DNA of 63,253 nucleotides, filler included, from Octopus bimaculoides (taxonomy: Eukaryota), in NCBI RefSeq assembly GCF_001194135.2. It is 8 parts of 8 records of this genome, joined end to end, with 100 filler letters (N's around TTAATTAATTAA, not from the genome) between each part and the next. Parts side by side here need not be neighbours in the genome. Positions count along the whole stretch, not along the records: positions 1 to 14,351 come from NC_068989.1; 7 more parts are not named here. One strand, written 5' to 3'. Below, one piece after another: positions 1 to 11,516 of this stretch; within the stretch, counting starts at the first letter, position 1, and every line of letters begins with the position of its first letter. Made by a program: the position numbers and the translations under genes. Below the pieces are notes generated by a model, which was given only the letters and a program-made list of their open reading frames with translations, was not told where the DNA came from and made no database searches.

Positions 1-52
<52 letters not shown>
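1..52. repeat. (GT)n microsatellite, representative of many (GT)n, (AT)n, (ATT)n, (GTAT)n and (GATA)n tracts
   Basis: Others at about 627-716, 2605-2685, 5183-5226, 7870-7947, 9257-9335, 22870-22975, 27185-27300, 31090-31165, 33090-33520 and 60980-61540. Confidence 0.95.
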
Positions 53-64
<12 letters not shown>

Positions 65-99
65 TTACATTTGTCCGCCGCTTTTTGAACTTTTGTTTA

Positions 100-420
100 T
101 CTATTGTAACCGCTATGCAGAGTCATGCATTGTCGTGAGGCGTTTCATGTCCGTCCAATGTAATGTTCATTACATCTTGAGCATGTTATTGCATAGATTA
201 AGTTTTGATATGCTCAGCTGAAGTTCTTTTTTTATTGTGAAGAACTGTTCCTGTTTGAAACGGATCTCTGCTTCTTCTGTCAGGTTACAACATATATCAC
301 AATTGGGTCTTCCGCATTTTTTCTGTCAATTTCGTTGTTATTGTGTAAAGTTTGGCTTTTGTTAGTATTTTCTCATTGATTTTTCCTTTACTCTTTATGA
401 TGATATATAACTCGAGGAAC
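100..420 (-). pseudogene. Penelope GIY-YIG endonuclease remnant
   Basis: Minus-strand translation with one frameshift: KKCGRPNCDICC...FSC.YQNLIYAITCSRCNEHYIGRT*. Confidence 0.8.
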
Positions 421-427
421 ATAAAGC

Positions 428-464
<37 letters not shown>

Positions 465-651
465 TTATTTATTTATTTATTTATAATACAAAGGATTTTA
501 CACACACACAAATACATTGATAAGCTAACATATCAATCAATGAAATTTGAGCAGTCACCGATTTTTGTTTTTGCGATCTAACGATTCTTATCTTACAGAC
601 ACATCTGTTGGTATTTGGTGACGATTGCTACTCTACTACTACTACTACTAC

Positions 652-703
<52 letters not shown>

Positions 704-1014
704 TGTTGTTGTTGTAGTTTTGTCCATCTCAACTCTGATCAAGCAGGCTTATGATCAAAAGCATTCCACCTGTGACCATTCCGTCATTTTAGTATCATGT
801 TAAGGACTACATTTTCCAATAGTGTCTTCCTTCTTACAATAGAGTGTAATTTCAAGGAATTTTCGGCCCCTATTTCTAATAGAGTGAGCGACCATGTAGA
901 AGTTCTGCCATTGGTTCGGTTTCAGTTTTGTATCACATTTGAAATCTAAAAATGTGTGGTGATATATAGTGACAACTAGTGACACAATCACATCAAGTAA
1001 TATTGTTATGTATA

Positions 1015-1155
1015 ACAACATCTGGTCGCACCTGGAGACATATAGTGACATCTGGAAATACCTGGGGACATTTAAGGACATCTGAAGATATCTGGACATA
1101 TATGGTGACATCTGGTGACATCTAATGATATACAGGGACACGTAGTGACATAATG
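1015..1155. repeat. Degenerate 10-11 bp minisatellite (gacatctggt-like)
   Basis: Repeated gacat.tgg/gacat.ta units. Confidence 0.7.
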
Positions 1156-1330
1156 GCTTCTCGTAGCATATAGTAGAATGTAATGACATCCCTCCCTCAC
1201 TCTCCCACTCTCTTTCTCTCTTCACTCTCCGTCTGATCCACTCAATCTTTTTATCAACCATCTCTCATTCCAGTTTTCTTTCACCCCATCACACACATAC
1301 ATACATTTAATTTCTTTGATTCTCTCCCTT

Positions 1331-1377
<47 letters not shown>

Positions 1378-1494
1378 ATCTTATACTCAATTTCTTCCTC
1401 GCTCTTGTCTCAAACATACACACGCATATATATATATATATATNNNNNNNNNNNNNNNNNNNNNNNNNNNNNNNNNNNNNNNNNNATATATATT

Positions 1495-1820
1495 ATTTTA
1501 CTCTTTTACCTGTTTCAGTCATTTGACTGTGGCCATGCTGGAGTACCGCCTTTAGTCGAGCAAATCTACCCCAGGACTTATTCTTTGTAAACTTAGTACA
1601 TATTCTGTCGGTCTCTTTTGCCGCTAAGTTACGGGGACGTAAACACACCAGCATCGTAAACACACAAACATATGCATATATATATATATATATATATACA
1701 TGTACGGCGGACTTCATTCAGTTCCCGTCTTCCAAATCCACTCACAAGGCTTTGGTCAGCCCGAGGCTATAGCAGAAGACATTTGCCCAGTGTGTCACGC
1801 AGTGGGACTGAACCCGGAAC
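1495..1820 (-). mobile_element. tRNA-derived SINE, family A (internal microsatellite; tail ...ccagcatggccgcagtc...gtaaaagagta)
   Basis: Recurs at 1825-2200 (+), 10495-10810 (+), 12395-12605 (+), 12685-13000 (-), 19575-19745 (+), 29985-30130 (+), 54215-54590 (+) and 62270-62460 (+). Confidence 0.85.
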
Positions 1821-1824
1821 TATA

Positions 1825-2200
1825 GGCGTGACTTTGTAGTAAGAAGTTTGGTTCCCTACCACAGGGTTCTGGGTTCGGTTCCACTACGTGACACCTTAGG
1901 CATTTGTCTTTTACTATGTCCTCGGGTCGTCTAAGGCCTTATGAGTGGATTTGCGAGAAAGAAACCGAAAGAAGCCCGTTTTGTGCATTTGTATATATTT
2001 GTGCGTATGTGTGTCTGTATTTGTCGCTCAATGCCGCTTGAAAACCAGTGTTAATATGTTTACATCCCCGTAACATAGCAGTTTCGTAAAAGTACCCGAA
2101 AGAGTAAGTACCAGGCTTTAAAAATGTACTGCGATCGATTCATTCGACCACGAATTCCTCAAGGCTATGCTCCAGCATGGCCACAGTCTAATGACAAAAG
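1825..2200 (+). mobile_element. tRNA-derived SINE, family A
   Basis: B-box-like gggttcggttcc followed by the shared body and tail. Confidence 0.8.
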
Positions 2201-2603
2201 GTACATATACATCATGTTCTCCTTTATATATATATCTCTCTCTCTCCTCTTCCTTCTTTTCTCCTTTCTTCTGACTCTCGCCCTTCGTCCAATCCTTTCA
2301 CAGTCGCCATTACGAACACCAACACCTCCACCACCTTCACTAATACAACTCACGCTGCCCCCACAACCGCCACCACTACAAACACTACTGCCACCACCAT
2401 TAAAGCTACTACTACTACTATCACCCTCACCGTAGCAACCACCACCACCACCATCAGTATTGCAGTAATGTCCCGATTATAAACCTTGCTAGAATGTTCT
2501 GTCACACAACATTGATCTCTGTGGAATTAATTCCTGGAAATGAAGATTTCGGGTCGTATTGATTGGCGAAACGATATATGTGTGTGTCTTAGCTAAGATA
2601 TGC

Positions 2604-2645
<42 letters not shown>

Positions 2646-2646
2646 A

Positions 2647-2692
<46 letters not shown>

Positions 2693-2973
2693 TACATTCG
2701 TACCTATATAAACATACAAACATATGTGCTCACATTAGATGAGTACATATATATACATATGCACACATGATTGCATTCTTATATAGATATACATGCATAT
2801 ACAGATAGATGGATAGATACATACATAGATAGATAGATAAATAGATACATACATAGATACATACATACATACATACATACATGGATGCATACATACATAG
2901 ACAGACAGGCACAGACATATACTGCTATACATATGTGTGTGTGTATATTATATATATGCATGTATTTATATAA

Positions 2974-3042
<69 letters not shown>

Positions 3043-3749
3043 ACACACATCCTCAGTGTTATGATTGTGATTGAAGTCGAGCTAGTAGTGGCATTTATGT
3101 GAGTGAATGATAAATTAAGTACCAGTTGCGTACTGGGGTCGATCTAATCGACTGGCCCTCTCCCCAAAAATGTCGGGCCTTGTGCCTAGAGTAGAAAAGA
3201 TTATGTGTATATGTATGCATGTGTATATCTATGGATGCATGTACGTAAGTGTAAGAAAAGAGTCGTAATTAAGCAACCAAACATGTATACCAACACCACG
3301 TGACTTCTCTCACCGATATTACTGCTTTTAATTTTTTTTTTCCTATTTTTCCTCTTTCTTTTCACAGTTTCACCTAGTTTTTCCTCATTTTTTTTCCACT
3401 ATCCGAAAAAGAACATTATCCGAAACGTTATCACCGTTAACTCTTTCTGTTTTCCCGAGCGTCAAGCTAATAGTAATGTGAACCTACAAGGGAAATAACT
3501 GAGAAGTCCTTTAATGGGTTGTCTCCCCCTTGTCTGTGTATTTAGAAACCAAAGACAGGTTTTGAAGTTGCGTAAAATTTCGTGTAAATTCTGGTAGTTT
3601 CGTCCAACATGGAGGCAGATTAAAACATACTTAAGTGGAACGCTTGCGTAATGAGGGACTTCCTGCTGAAGCCATTGCTGATATTGTTAATCCTCAAATA
3701 AAGAATTCATGAATATGTCTGTCAAATGCGGTGTGAGCACAGGTTTTCA

Positions 3750-3813
<64 letters not shown>

Positions 3814-4363
3814 NNNNNNNNNNNNNNNNNNNNNNNNNNNNNNNNNNNNNNNNNNNNNNNNNNNNNNNNNNNNNNNNNNNNNNNNNNNNNNNNNNNNNNN
3901 NNNNNNNNNNNNNNNNNNNNNNNNNNNNNNNNNNNNNNNNNNNNNNNNNNNNNNNNNNNNNNNNNNNNNNNNNNNNNNNNNNNNNNNNNNNNNNNNNNNN
4001 NNNNNNNNNNNNNNNNNNNNNNNNNNNNNNNNNNNNNNNNNNNNNNNNNNNNNNNNNNNNNNNNNNNNNNNNNNNNNNNNNNNNNNNNNNNNNNNNNNNN
4101 NNNNNNNNNNNNNNNNNNNNNNNNNNNNNNNNNNNNNNNNNNNNNNNNNNNNNNNNNNNNNNNNNNNNNNNNNNNNNNNNNNNNNNNNNNNNNNNNNNNN
4201 NNNNNNNNNNNNNNNNNNNNNNNNNNNNNNNNNNNNNNNNNNNNNNNNNNNNNNNNNNNNNNNNNNNNNNNNNNNNNNNNNNNNNNNNNNNNNNNNNNNN
4301 NNNNNNNNNNNNNNNNNNNNNNNNNNNNNNNNNNNNNNNNNNNNNNNNNNNNNNNNNNNNNNN

Positions 4364-4398
<35 letters not shown>

Positions 4399-4783
4399 AA
4401 GAGAGAGTCAACAAGTGAGATCAAGAGATGTTTAATATAGAACACGTATCTGATTTGAACTTACACTCCGGAGTCTTTATCGAGGACTATGTCTGCGGGG
4501 TAAAGTGTAATTATAAGAGGAATCCTGGTGAGCTGATATAGAGATAGTAATGCAAGTAAACACGATTGGCTCGTTTCTGAGGCTCAGAATTACTTAAGTA
4601 TTGTGATGTTCATAACTGGTAAATGCGGTGTGCAAAAAATCCAAGGATATGCAACTAAAAAAGATTCATATAAATATTACCGTAATGTTAATACTGGCCT
4701 CCTTCTTCAGGGTAGAAAAGACGGCTATTTGGACTGGATCTTGCATTTAAAGCCAACTGGTGAAAGCAACAGACATAGATACA

Positions 4784-4822
<39 letters not shown>

Positions 4823-5181
4823 TGAAGTATGATACGTAACAAAGATCGAGCTCAGTAGTGATTACTACGCTCCACTCCCGTATCCAGTGCAGAATGACAT
4901 AATAGTTCGGCAGTCCGCCTGATGATGAGCCTTTCTTCGTGCGGCTCACTTCTCGATAGAGGTTGTGCTTATGCTTGATTTATATCTACACTGATCATTT
5001 CCAATTGCTATCAATATATCTTGCTTTATTGGTCATCTACTATCACCTGTACACTCCTCTACACTGACCATTCAAAACTGCCGCCAGTACACATCTAAAC
5101 TTACCATCCGCATCTACGCCCAATGCACATTGTTACACAAAGTCCAATACTTTAGCCAATCCCAAAAATCAACATCGTGAA

Positions 5182-5226
<45 letters not shown>

Positions 5227-5228
<2 letters not shown>

Positions 5229-5445
5229 GGCGGTAAGGTGGCAGAATCGTTAGCACGCCGGACAAAATACTTTGCGGCATTTAGTCCGTCTTTACGTTCT
5301 GAGTTCAAATTCCGCCGAGGTCGACTTTACCTTTCATCCTTTCGGGGTCGATAAATTAAGTACCGGTGAAATACTGGAGTCGATGTAATCGACTAGTCCC
5401 CTCCCCGCAAAATTCCAGGCCTTGTGTCTTTAGTAGAAAGGATTA
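5227..5445 (+). mobile_element. tRNA-derived SINE, family B (ggcagaatcgttagc...gagttcaaattccgccgaggtcgacttt)
   Basis: A-box- and B-box-like head. Recurs at 9027-9240 (+), 20825-21035 (-), 21105-21330 (+), 21340-21480 (+), 26670-26870 (-), 57745-57960 (-), 59810-59970 (-) and 60088-60300 (+). Resembles recalled octopus OR/OK-type SINEs. Confidence 0.85.
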
Positions 5446-5997
5446 TTATTGTTGTTGTTGTTGTTNNNNNNNNNNNNNNNNNNNNNNNNNNNNNNNNNNN
5501 NNNNNNNNNNNNNNNNNNNNNNNNNNNNNNNNNNNNNNNNNNNNNNNNNNNNNNNNNNNNNNNNNNNNNNNNNNNNNNNNNNNNNNNNNNNNNNNNNNNN
5601 NNNNNNNNNNNNNNNNNNNNNNNNNNNNNNNNNNNNNNNNNNNNNNNNNNNNNNNNNNNNNNNNNNNNNNNNNNNNNNNNNNNNNNNNNNNNNNNNNNNN
5701 NNNNNNNNNNNNNNNNNNNNNNNNNNNNNNNNNNNNNNNNNNNNNNNNNNNNNNNNNNNNNNNNNNNNNNNNNNNNNNNNNNNNNNNNNNNNNNNNNNNN
5801 NNNNNNNNNNNNNNNNNNNNNNNNNNNNNNNNNNNNNNNNNNNNNNNNNNNNNNNNNNNNNNNNNNNNNNNNNNNNNNNNNNNNNNNNNNNNNNNNNNNN
5901 NNNNNNNNNNNNNNNNNNNNNNNNNNNNNNNNNNNNNNNNNNNNNNNNNNNNNNNNNNNNNNNNNNNNNNNNNNNNNNNNNNNNNNNNNNNNNNNNN

Positions 5998-6036
<39 letters not shown>

Positions 6037-6494
6037 ATATGTATGTATGTATGTGTGTATGTATGTATGTATGTATATAACCAGGAAATTATGTAGTACA
6101 TCCTTTCGTACTTTTATGCTACAATGTGTGGTGGGGAAGGAGGTAAAGAGCTACCTCTTTCTCCCCCCCCTCTCTCTCTCTCTTTCTCTCTCCTCTTCGG
6201 ACACAATAACTGTTTTCAATACTTAATATCCACAACCTCCACTTACTCTTTACGTCTTTAACTTCACTTCCTCCTCTTCCATCTCCCCTTCCTCTCCTCC
6301 CTCAATCACCCATGAGCCATCCAGTAATACATCTCTCCTATGTTCGTGACAACCGATACTTCTAGCACTTACTTGTGCCTATATTAACAATAATCATTAC
6401 ATCAATACCGTTACGCAATATTGGTGCTGCAACCGGTCTACTTTCGTTTCCTGTCGTGTTACAACCTGGTGTCTGGGATAAGGGGCATTCTTGT

Positions 6495-7432
6495 GCTCTC
6501 CCCTTACATGATGTTCATGCTTGTCCTAGCTTTGTATCGAAGTCTCGAAGTTCCTCTCGTACACTTGGCCTGCAGACGTCTCCAGTCATCCTGGTTGTGA
6601 GCATTGTCACCCGCACCTTCTGAAGTGATGCTACGTTGCTTCAAATCCTCTTTGAGCGTGACACACCATATCGTCTTGGGTCTCCCTCTGTTCCTGCATC
6701 CCACTGATGCCACCCAGTGTAAAGCTGTCTTGCGTAATCAACCAGTAGAAAAACATGACTTGCAGGTCTCACTCTCCACCACAATCTCCTACAGGTTGCG
6801 CGGGTTGCCTCTTCTCAGAATCTGTGATTCTGTTACTGTAGGTAATCTTGAGTATTCTGCATAAACACCGTTGGTGGAATGCATTCAACCTCTGAATGAT
6901 CTTGGCTGCTATTTCCCAAGTTTTTCCTGTTTGCGGGACAATGCTCTGGTGCGGCAGGATCTTCATACGGTTGTTAATCGAAGACGTACAGGATAATTCC
7001 GGTTGATCTAAATTCTCTGCATAACTCTCACACTTATAAATATCCAAATTCTCAATGTTTACTCCCAAATTCTTCGTCACATTTCCCAAAGCACCATTGA
7101 GCATTGGCAAGAACATTATCGTGTCTTCTTCAAGCAGCCTTTCAGGACATCATGCTTCAATATTCTAGCTGTTCTTGTCTCCAGTATCAAATAAACACAG
7201 CATCTCAATTAGAAGTCTTTCTTTTTTTCTGAACAGCAACATCCTCCTTATTTTACTCAATTTCTTTTCCTTTGGTGTGTATGAAAGCATTTCACTAACA
7301 CTTCACCTCATCGTTCTCAAGGACGTTTATTTCTGTTCCCACAATTTGACCATAGCTTTTAGTTAAATACCAGAGAATTATTGCAGCAATTCTATCTTCA
7401 CTTCGTCCTCCTGGTGCCTTGTTGTACCAATA
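6495..7432 (-). mobile_element. RTE-clade LINE remnant, internally deleted
   Basis: C-terminus RLNAFHQRCLCRILKI and RGRPKTIW..TLKEDL...DDWRRL. Upstream sequence looks like a decayed AP-endonuclease N-terminus; this part is weaker. Confidence 0.75.
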
Positions 7433-7473
7433 GCATTAATAAAATAGATGGAATGTGTAATAGACTTTATTGG

Positions 7474-7513
7474 GTACAACACGTTTCGACCCGTTCTGGA
7501 TCTCTTCAGGTAC
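7474..7513 (-). ncRNA. Minimal hammerhead ribozyme motif (second family), minus-strand copy
   Basis: Reverse complement reads GTAC-CTGAAGA-GATCC agaac GGGTC-GAAAC gt GTT-GTAC. Confidence 0.72.
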
Positions 7514-7609
7514 ATCAATAAAAAGTTTCACTAGAGATTTCTTGAGCCGGCTTTCGTACCGCTATATATCCATCAAATTCGAGAATCTCTAGTAAGACTT
7601 TTTATTGAT

Positions 7610-7651
7610 GTACCTGAAGAGACCCAGAACGGGTCGAAACATGTGTTGTAC
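7610..7651 (+). ncRNA. Minimal hammerhead ribozyme motif (second family), plus-strand copy
   Basis: GTAC-CTGAAGA-GACCC agaac GGGTC-GAAAC atgt GTT-GTAC. Confidence 0.75.
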
Positions 7652-7868
7652 CCAATAAAGTCTATTACACATTCCATCTCCTATTTTATTAATACTGTNN
7701 NNNNNNNNTCTATTACACATTCCATCTCCTATTTTATTAATACTGTTATCCCAACCGCCACTACGAAGTTCCTGCAATAAATCTACGGATAACAACAGGT
7801 AATCGAAATTGTGTCGGCGCTTTACCACCATTTATTTATACATTTTGTACAATTCCTCCATTTTATAT

Positions 7869-7947
<79 letters not shown>

Positions 7948-8394
7948 NNNNNNNNNNNNNNNNNNNNNNNNNNNNNNNNNNNNNNNNNNNNNNNNNNNNN
8001 NNNNNNNNNNNNNNNNNNNNNNNNNNNNNNNNNNNNNNNNNNNNNNNNNNNNNNNNNNNNNNNNNNNNNNNNNNNNNNNNNNNNNNNNNNNNNNNNNNNN
8101 NNNNNNNNNNNNNNNNNNNNNNNNNNNNNNNNNNNNNNNNNNNNNNNNNNNNNNNNNNNNNNNNNNNNNNNNNNNNNNNNNNNNNNNNNNNNNNNNNNNN
8201 NNNNNNNNNNNNNNNNNNNNNNNNNNNNNNNNNNNNNNNNNNNNNNNNNNNNNNNNNNNNNNNNNNNNNNGGATCCTAAACAACTCTTCAGGCGATGGTA
8301 AGTTGGCCTACCAACGTATACAGTGAGTTTCTTTGCCCTAGGTGACGAAAAGACACTCGGCAAGAAATGGAAGCAAAACTGAAAGACGATAACA

Positions 8395-8436
<42 letters not shown>

Positions 8437-8609
8437 GTTTCTATTTTAGGCATAAAACCAGCACAAACTAGATTAGTCTTGGGTGTGATGTAGAGGATAT
8501 TCGATTAATTTGATTCCAGTACTTGATCGGTATCCATAAAGCTGAGCTCGGCAGGATTTGAAATTAAATAAACATATATATATATATATGTAGGAATGCT
8601 GGAAAATGA

Positions 8610-9005
8610 TAATCGCTGTAGGGGCACTTAGGGCATATTCCATTATTCATCACATTTGCTTGGTAGCTACGGGTCAATAGGCTCTGATCTTGAGCAGCTA
8701 AGATAAGGCTTTCGCTTTCTGCTTTAGACCTGAACTCCGTAGCTATAGATGGGTGTGTTTCTGGTCTATATCAACTTGCTTGCTACGGTCATGTATTTGT
8801 TATGTAGAGGTTTTTGTTCTCAACTTTCAGCCAATTGTTCTAACATTTTTTGCTCTGCCATTGATTTCACCTTCTTCGTAACAACAGTTGCCGCACTTCC
8901 ATCCATGTTGTTCAACATGGATATTATGCATGAACTCATTAGCAAATTGTTTGTTCTCCTTCAAGATAGATTGAAGCCTTCTTGCATCTCTCGTGGTTTT
9001 CAACG
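8610..9005 (-). mobile_element. R4/Dong-like non-LTR retrotransposon fragment
   Basis: Minus-strand translation KPLHNKY...LRSSGLKAESESLILAAQDQSLLTRSYQANV....CPKC. Confidence 0.75.
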
Positions 9006-9026
9006 AGTTTTATTATTATTATTATT

Positions 9027-9240
9027 GCGAGCTGGCAGAATCGTTCGCAAGCTGGGCCAAATGCTTAGTGGCTTTTCGTCCGTCTTTCCGTTCCCAGTTC
9101 AAATTCTGCCGAAGTCGACCTTGCCTTTCATTCTTTCGGGGTCGGTAAAATAAGTACCAGTCAAGCATTGGGGTCGATGTTATTGACTTACCACCTCCCC
9201 CGAAATTGCTGGCCTTGTGCCAAAATTTGAAACCAATATT
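9027..9240 (+). mobile_element. SINE family B
   Basis: Aligns with 5227-5445. Confidence 0.85.
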
Positions 9241-9256
9241 GTTATTGTCATTTGTT

Positions 9257-9336
<80 letters not shown>

Positions 9337-9497
9337 CATTATATATATATAAAACATAATGTATGTATGTATGTGTATATACGCGTATGTAAGTCTGTCT
9401 GTGTGCGTGTGTAAGTGTATGCTACCCAAGGCATTCTTTATGATATCAAACCTCAATATTTTCGTATTAAGCTGCCCTTGTGGTTGATAATAATGAA

Positions 9498-9532
<35 letters not shown>

Positions 9533-10861
9533 CATATGTTGTTGAAGGTAGTGGTGGGTTGGAATGAATGGAAGTTGATTATAAAGAGTATGAGCAGAGT
9601 AAATGGAAAGATTAAATTAAGCTTTCAGAGGTGAAGAGGTGGTAGTAAGAGGGGGGATATTAAAATCAATAGGATGGGGATATTTCAGCAAGGGGTGATA
9701 ACTTGTATCGCCCTCTTTTGCTTTTGTTTTGCTCGTATATCAGTGATACCTTTTATATTATGAAAGGCAGGCAGCATTTAAGTAAATCACCTCCTATTTA
9801 TGGATGAGTTGAAACCGTTCACCAAGAATGAAACATCAAATAGGCTCTTTAATGTAAACAGGAGTTGGACTTAATGGGATGGAATCGGTGGAGTTTTAAT
9901 AATGAAAATATGGAAGCTAATGGGATACAATTACGAAGATGAGGAAATCATAAAATTAAGTAGACATAGAAGGTTATAAATATACTTATGTGCTATAGGG
10001 CTAGATTAGATAAAGTGAAATAACACGAAGGAACCTTTTAGAATGAAATACTTCTCGACGTTAAAATCGGTTCTTAAAATTAAGATAAATGGTAAAAACG
10101 AAAAAGAAAATGAATAATCTCGCATCAATAAACCCATGAATGATATTTCTTTTGAGATATGGAGGCGGGAGATAATCCTAAACAAGAATAGAGAAATTTA
10201 GTTTCGTTAGGGGAAAAGAATCGAAATATAATGATCATTTATGAAACATTATGCTCTTAAAGTGATATTAACTTGATGGAAGTAACTGTGTATGTGTTGT
10301 TGTTGTTGTGGTTGTTGTTGTTGTGGTTGTTGTTGCCTCTGTCGTTAGGCTTGTTTTCACTTTGATTCGGTTACCATTTTTAAACCGATTTCATTCCCGT
10401 TTCATCTTTGCATCATTCTAATTCAAGATTCAGAAGAATGGTAACGAAAAGGGATAAGCATCCTGTAAATGTTGATTCGTCTGAAAAAGAAAAAAACTTG
10501 CGTGGCACCATGAGCAAGTTTCCTCTAATATAGGTCCAGGCAGATCAAAGCTTTGTGAGTGGATTTGGCTGACAGAAACTGTCTGGAAGCCCATCGTATA
10601 TATGTGTATGTGTGTATGTGCATATGTGTGAATGCGGATGTGTGTGTACGTGCATTGTGTGCGAGTGTGTGCGTGTCTGTCTGTCTGTATTTGTGTGTGT
10701 GTGTTTATGGGAGCAGGTTTTTTTACCACCCACCACCGGCTGACAACCGGTGTTAGATTGTTTATGTCACTGTAACTTAGTGGTTCGGCTAGAGAAACTG
10801 AGTGAATAAACATCAGACTTTTTTTTTTAAACGAAGAAAGATATTTAGCTCGATTTCACAG

Positions 10862-11230
10862 TTCTTTATTTAAGAGATGAGGAATTATGTACATTATTTA
10901 CATTCGACGGATATTTGTCTTCAACTTGTTTGTTGTTAACACAACGTTTCAGCTGATATACCCTCCAGCCTTCATCAGGTGTCTTGGAGAAATTTCGAAC
11001 CTGGGTTCTCATTCCTAAGGTATTTTTCGATGTTATTATTATTATTATTCAGATCACTGCCTGGAATCGAACTCGGAAGCTTGGGGTTAGTAGCCCGTGC
11101 TCTTAACCACTACGCCATATGCCCGTGGGCATATGGTGTAGTGGTTAGGGGCCACGGGCATATGGCGTAGTGGTTAAGAGCTCAGGCTACTAACCCTAAG
11201 ATTCCGAGTTCGATTCCAGGCAGTATAATA

Positions 11231-11265
<35 letters not shown>

Positions 11266-11421
11266 ATATAATAATAATAATAATAACATCGAAAAATACC
11301 TTAGGTTCGAAATTTCCCCAAGACACCTGATGAAGGCTGGACGGTATATCAGCCGAAACGTTGTGTTAACAACAAATAAGATGAGGACGAACATCTGTCA
11401 ATTGTAAATAATGTAAATAAT
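10862..11421. mobile_element. Head-to-head inverted pair of an element made of a tRNA-like head, (AAT)n and a hammerhead-containing tail
   Basis: The reverse complement of the left arm 10862-11124 aligns with the right arm 11156-11421. A box TGGCGTAGTGG and B box GAGTTCGATTCC. Confidence 0.9.
11322..11367 (+). ncRNA. Minimal type I hammerhead ribozyme motif
   Basis: ACAC-CTGATGA-A-GGCTG(10 nt)CAGCC-GAAA-CGTT-GTGT. Palindromic ACGT helix III; predicted GUU site at 11360-11362. Mirror copy on the minus strand at about 10939-10982. Confidence 0.75.
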
Positions 11422-11471
11422 CTAAAATATGTCATCGCAGACCATATGCCTTTTCTAAAGTACTTGAGTTG

Positions 11472-11516
<45 letters not shown>

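Noticed and set aside
7709-7746. Direct repeat of 7661-7698 across a 10-N gap
   Set aside because: Typical unmerged contig overlap.
11156-11224. tRNA-Ser(ACT)-like gene
   Set aside because: The acceptor stem does not pair, there is no long variable arm, and it is embedded in a repeat; treated as a SINE-type head.
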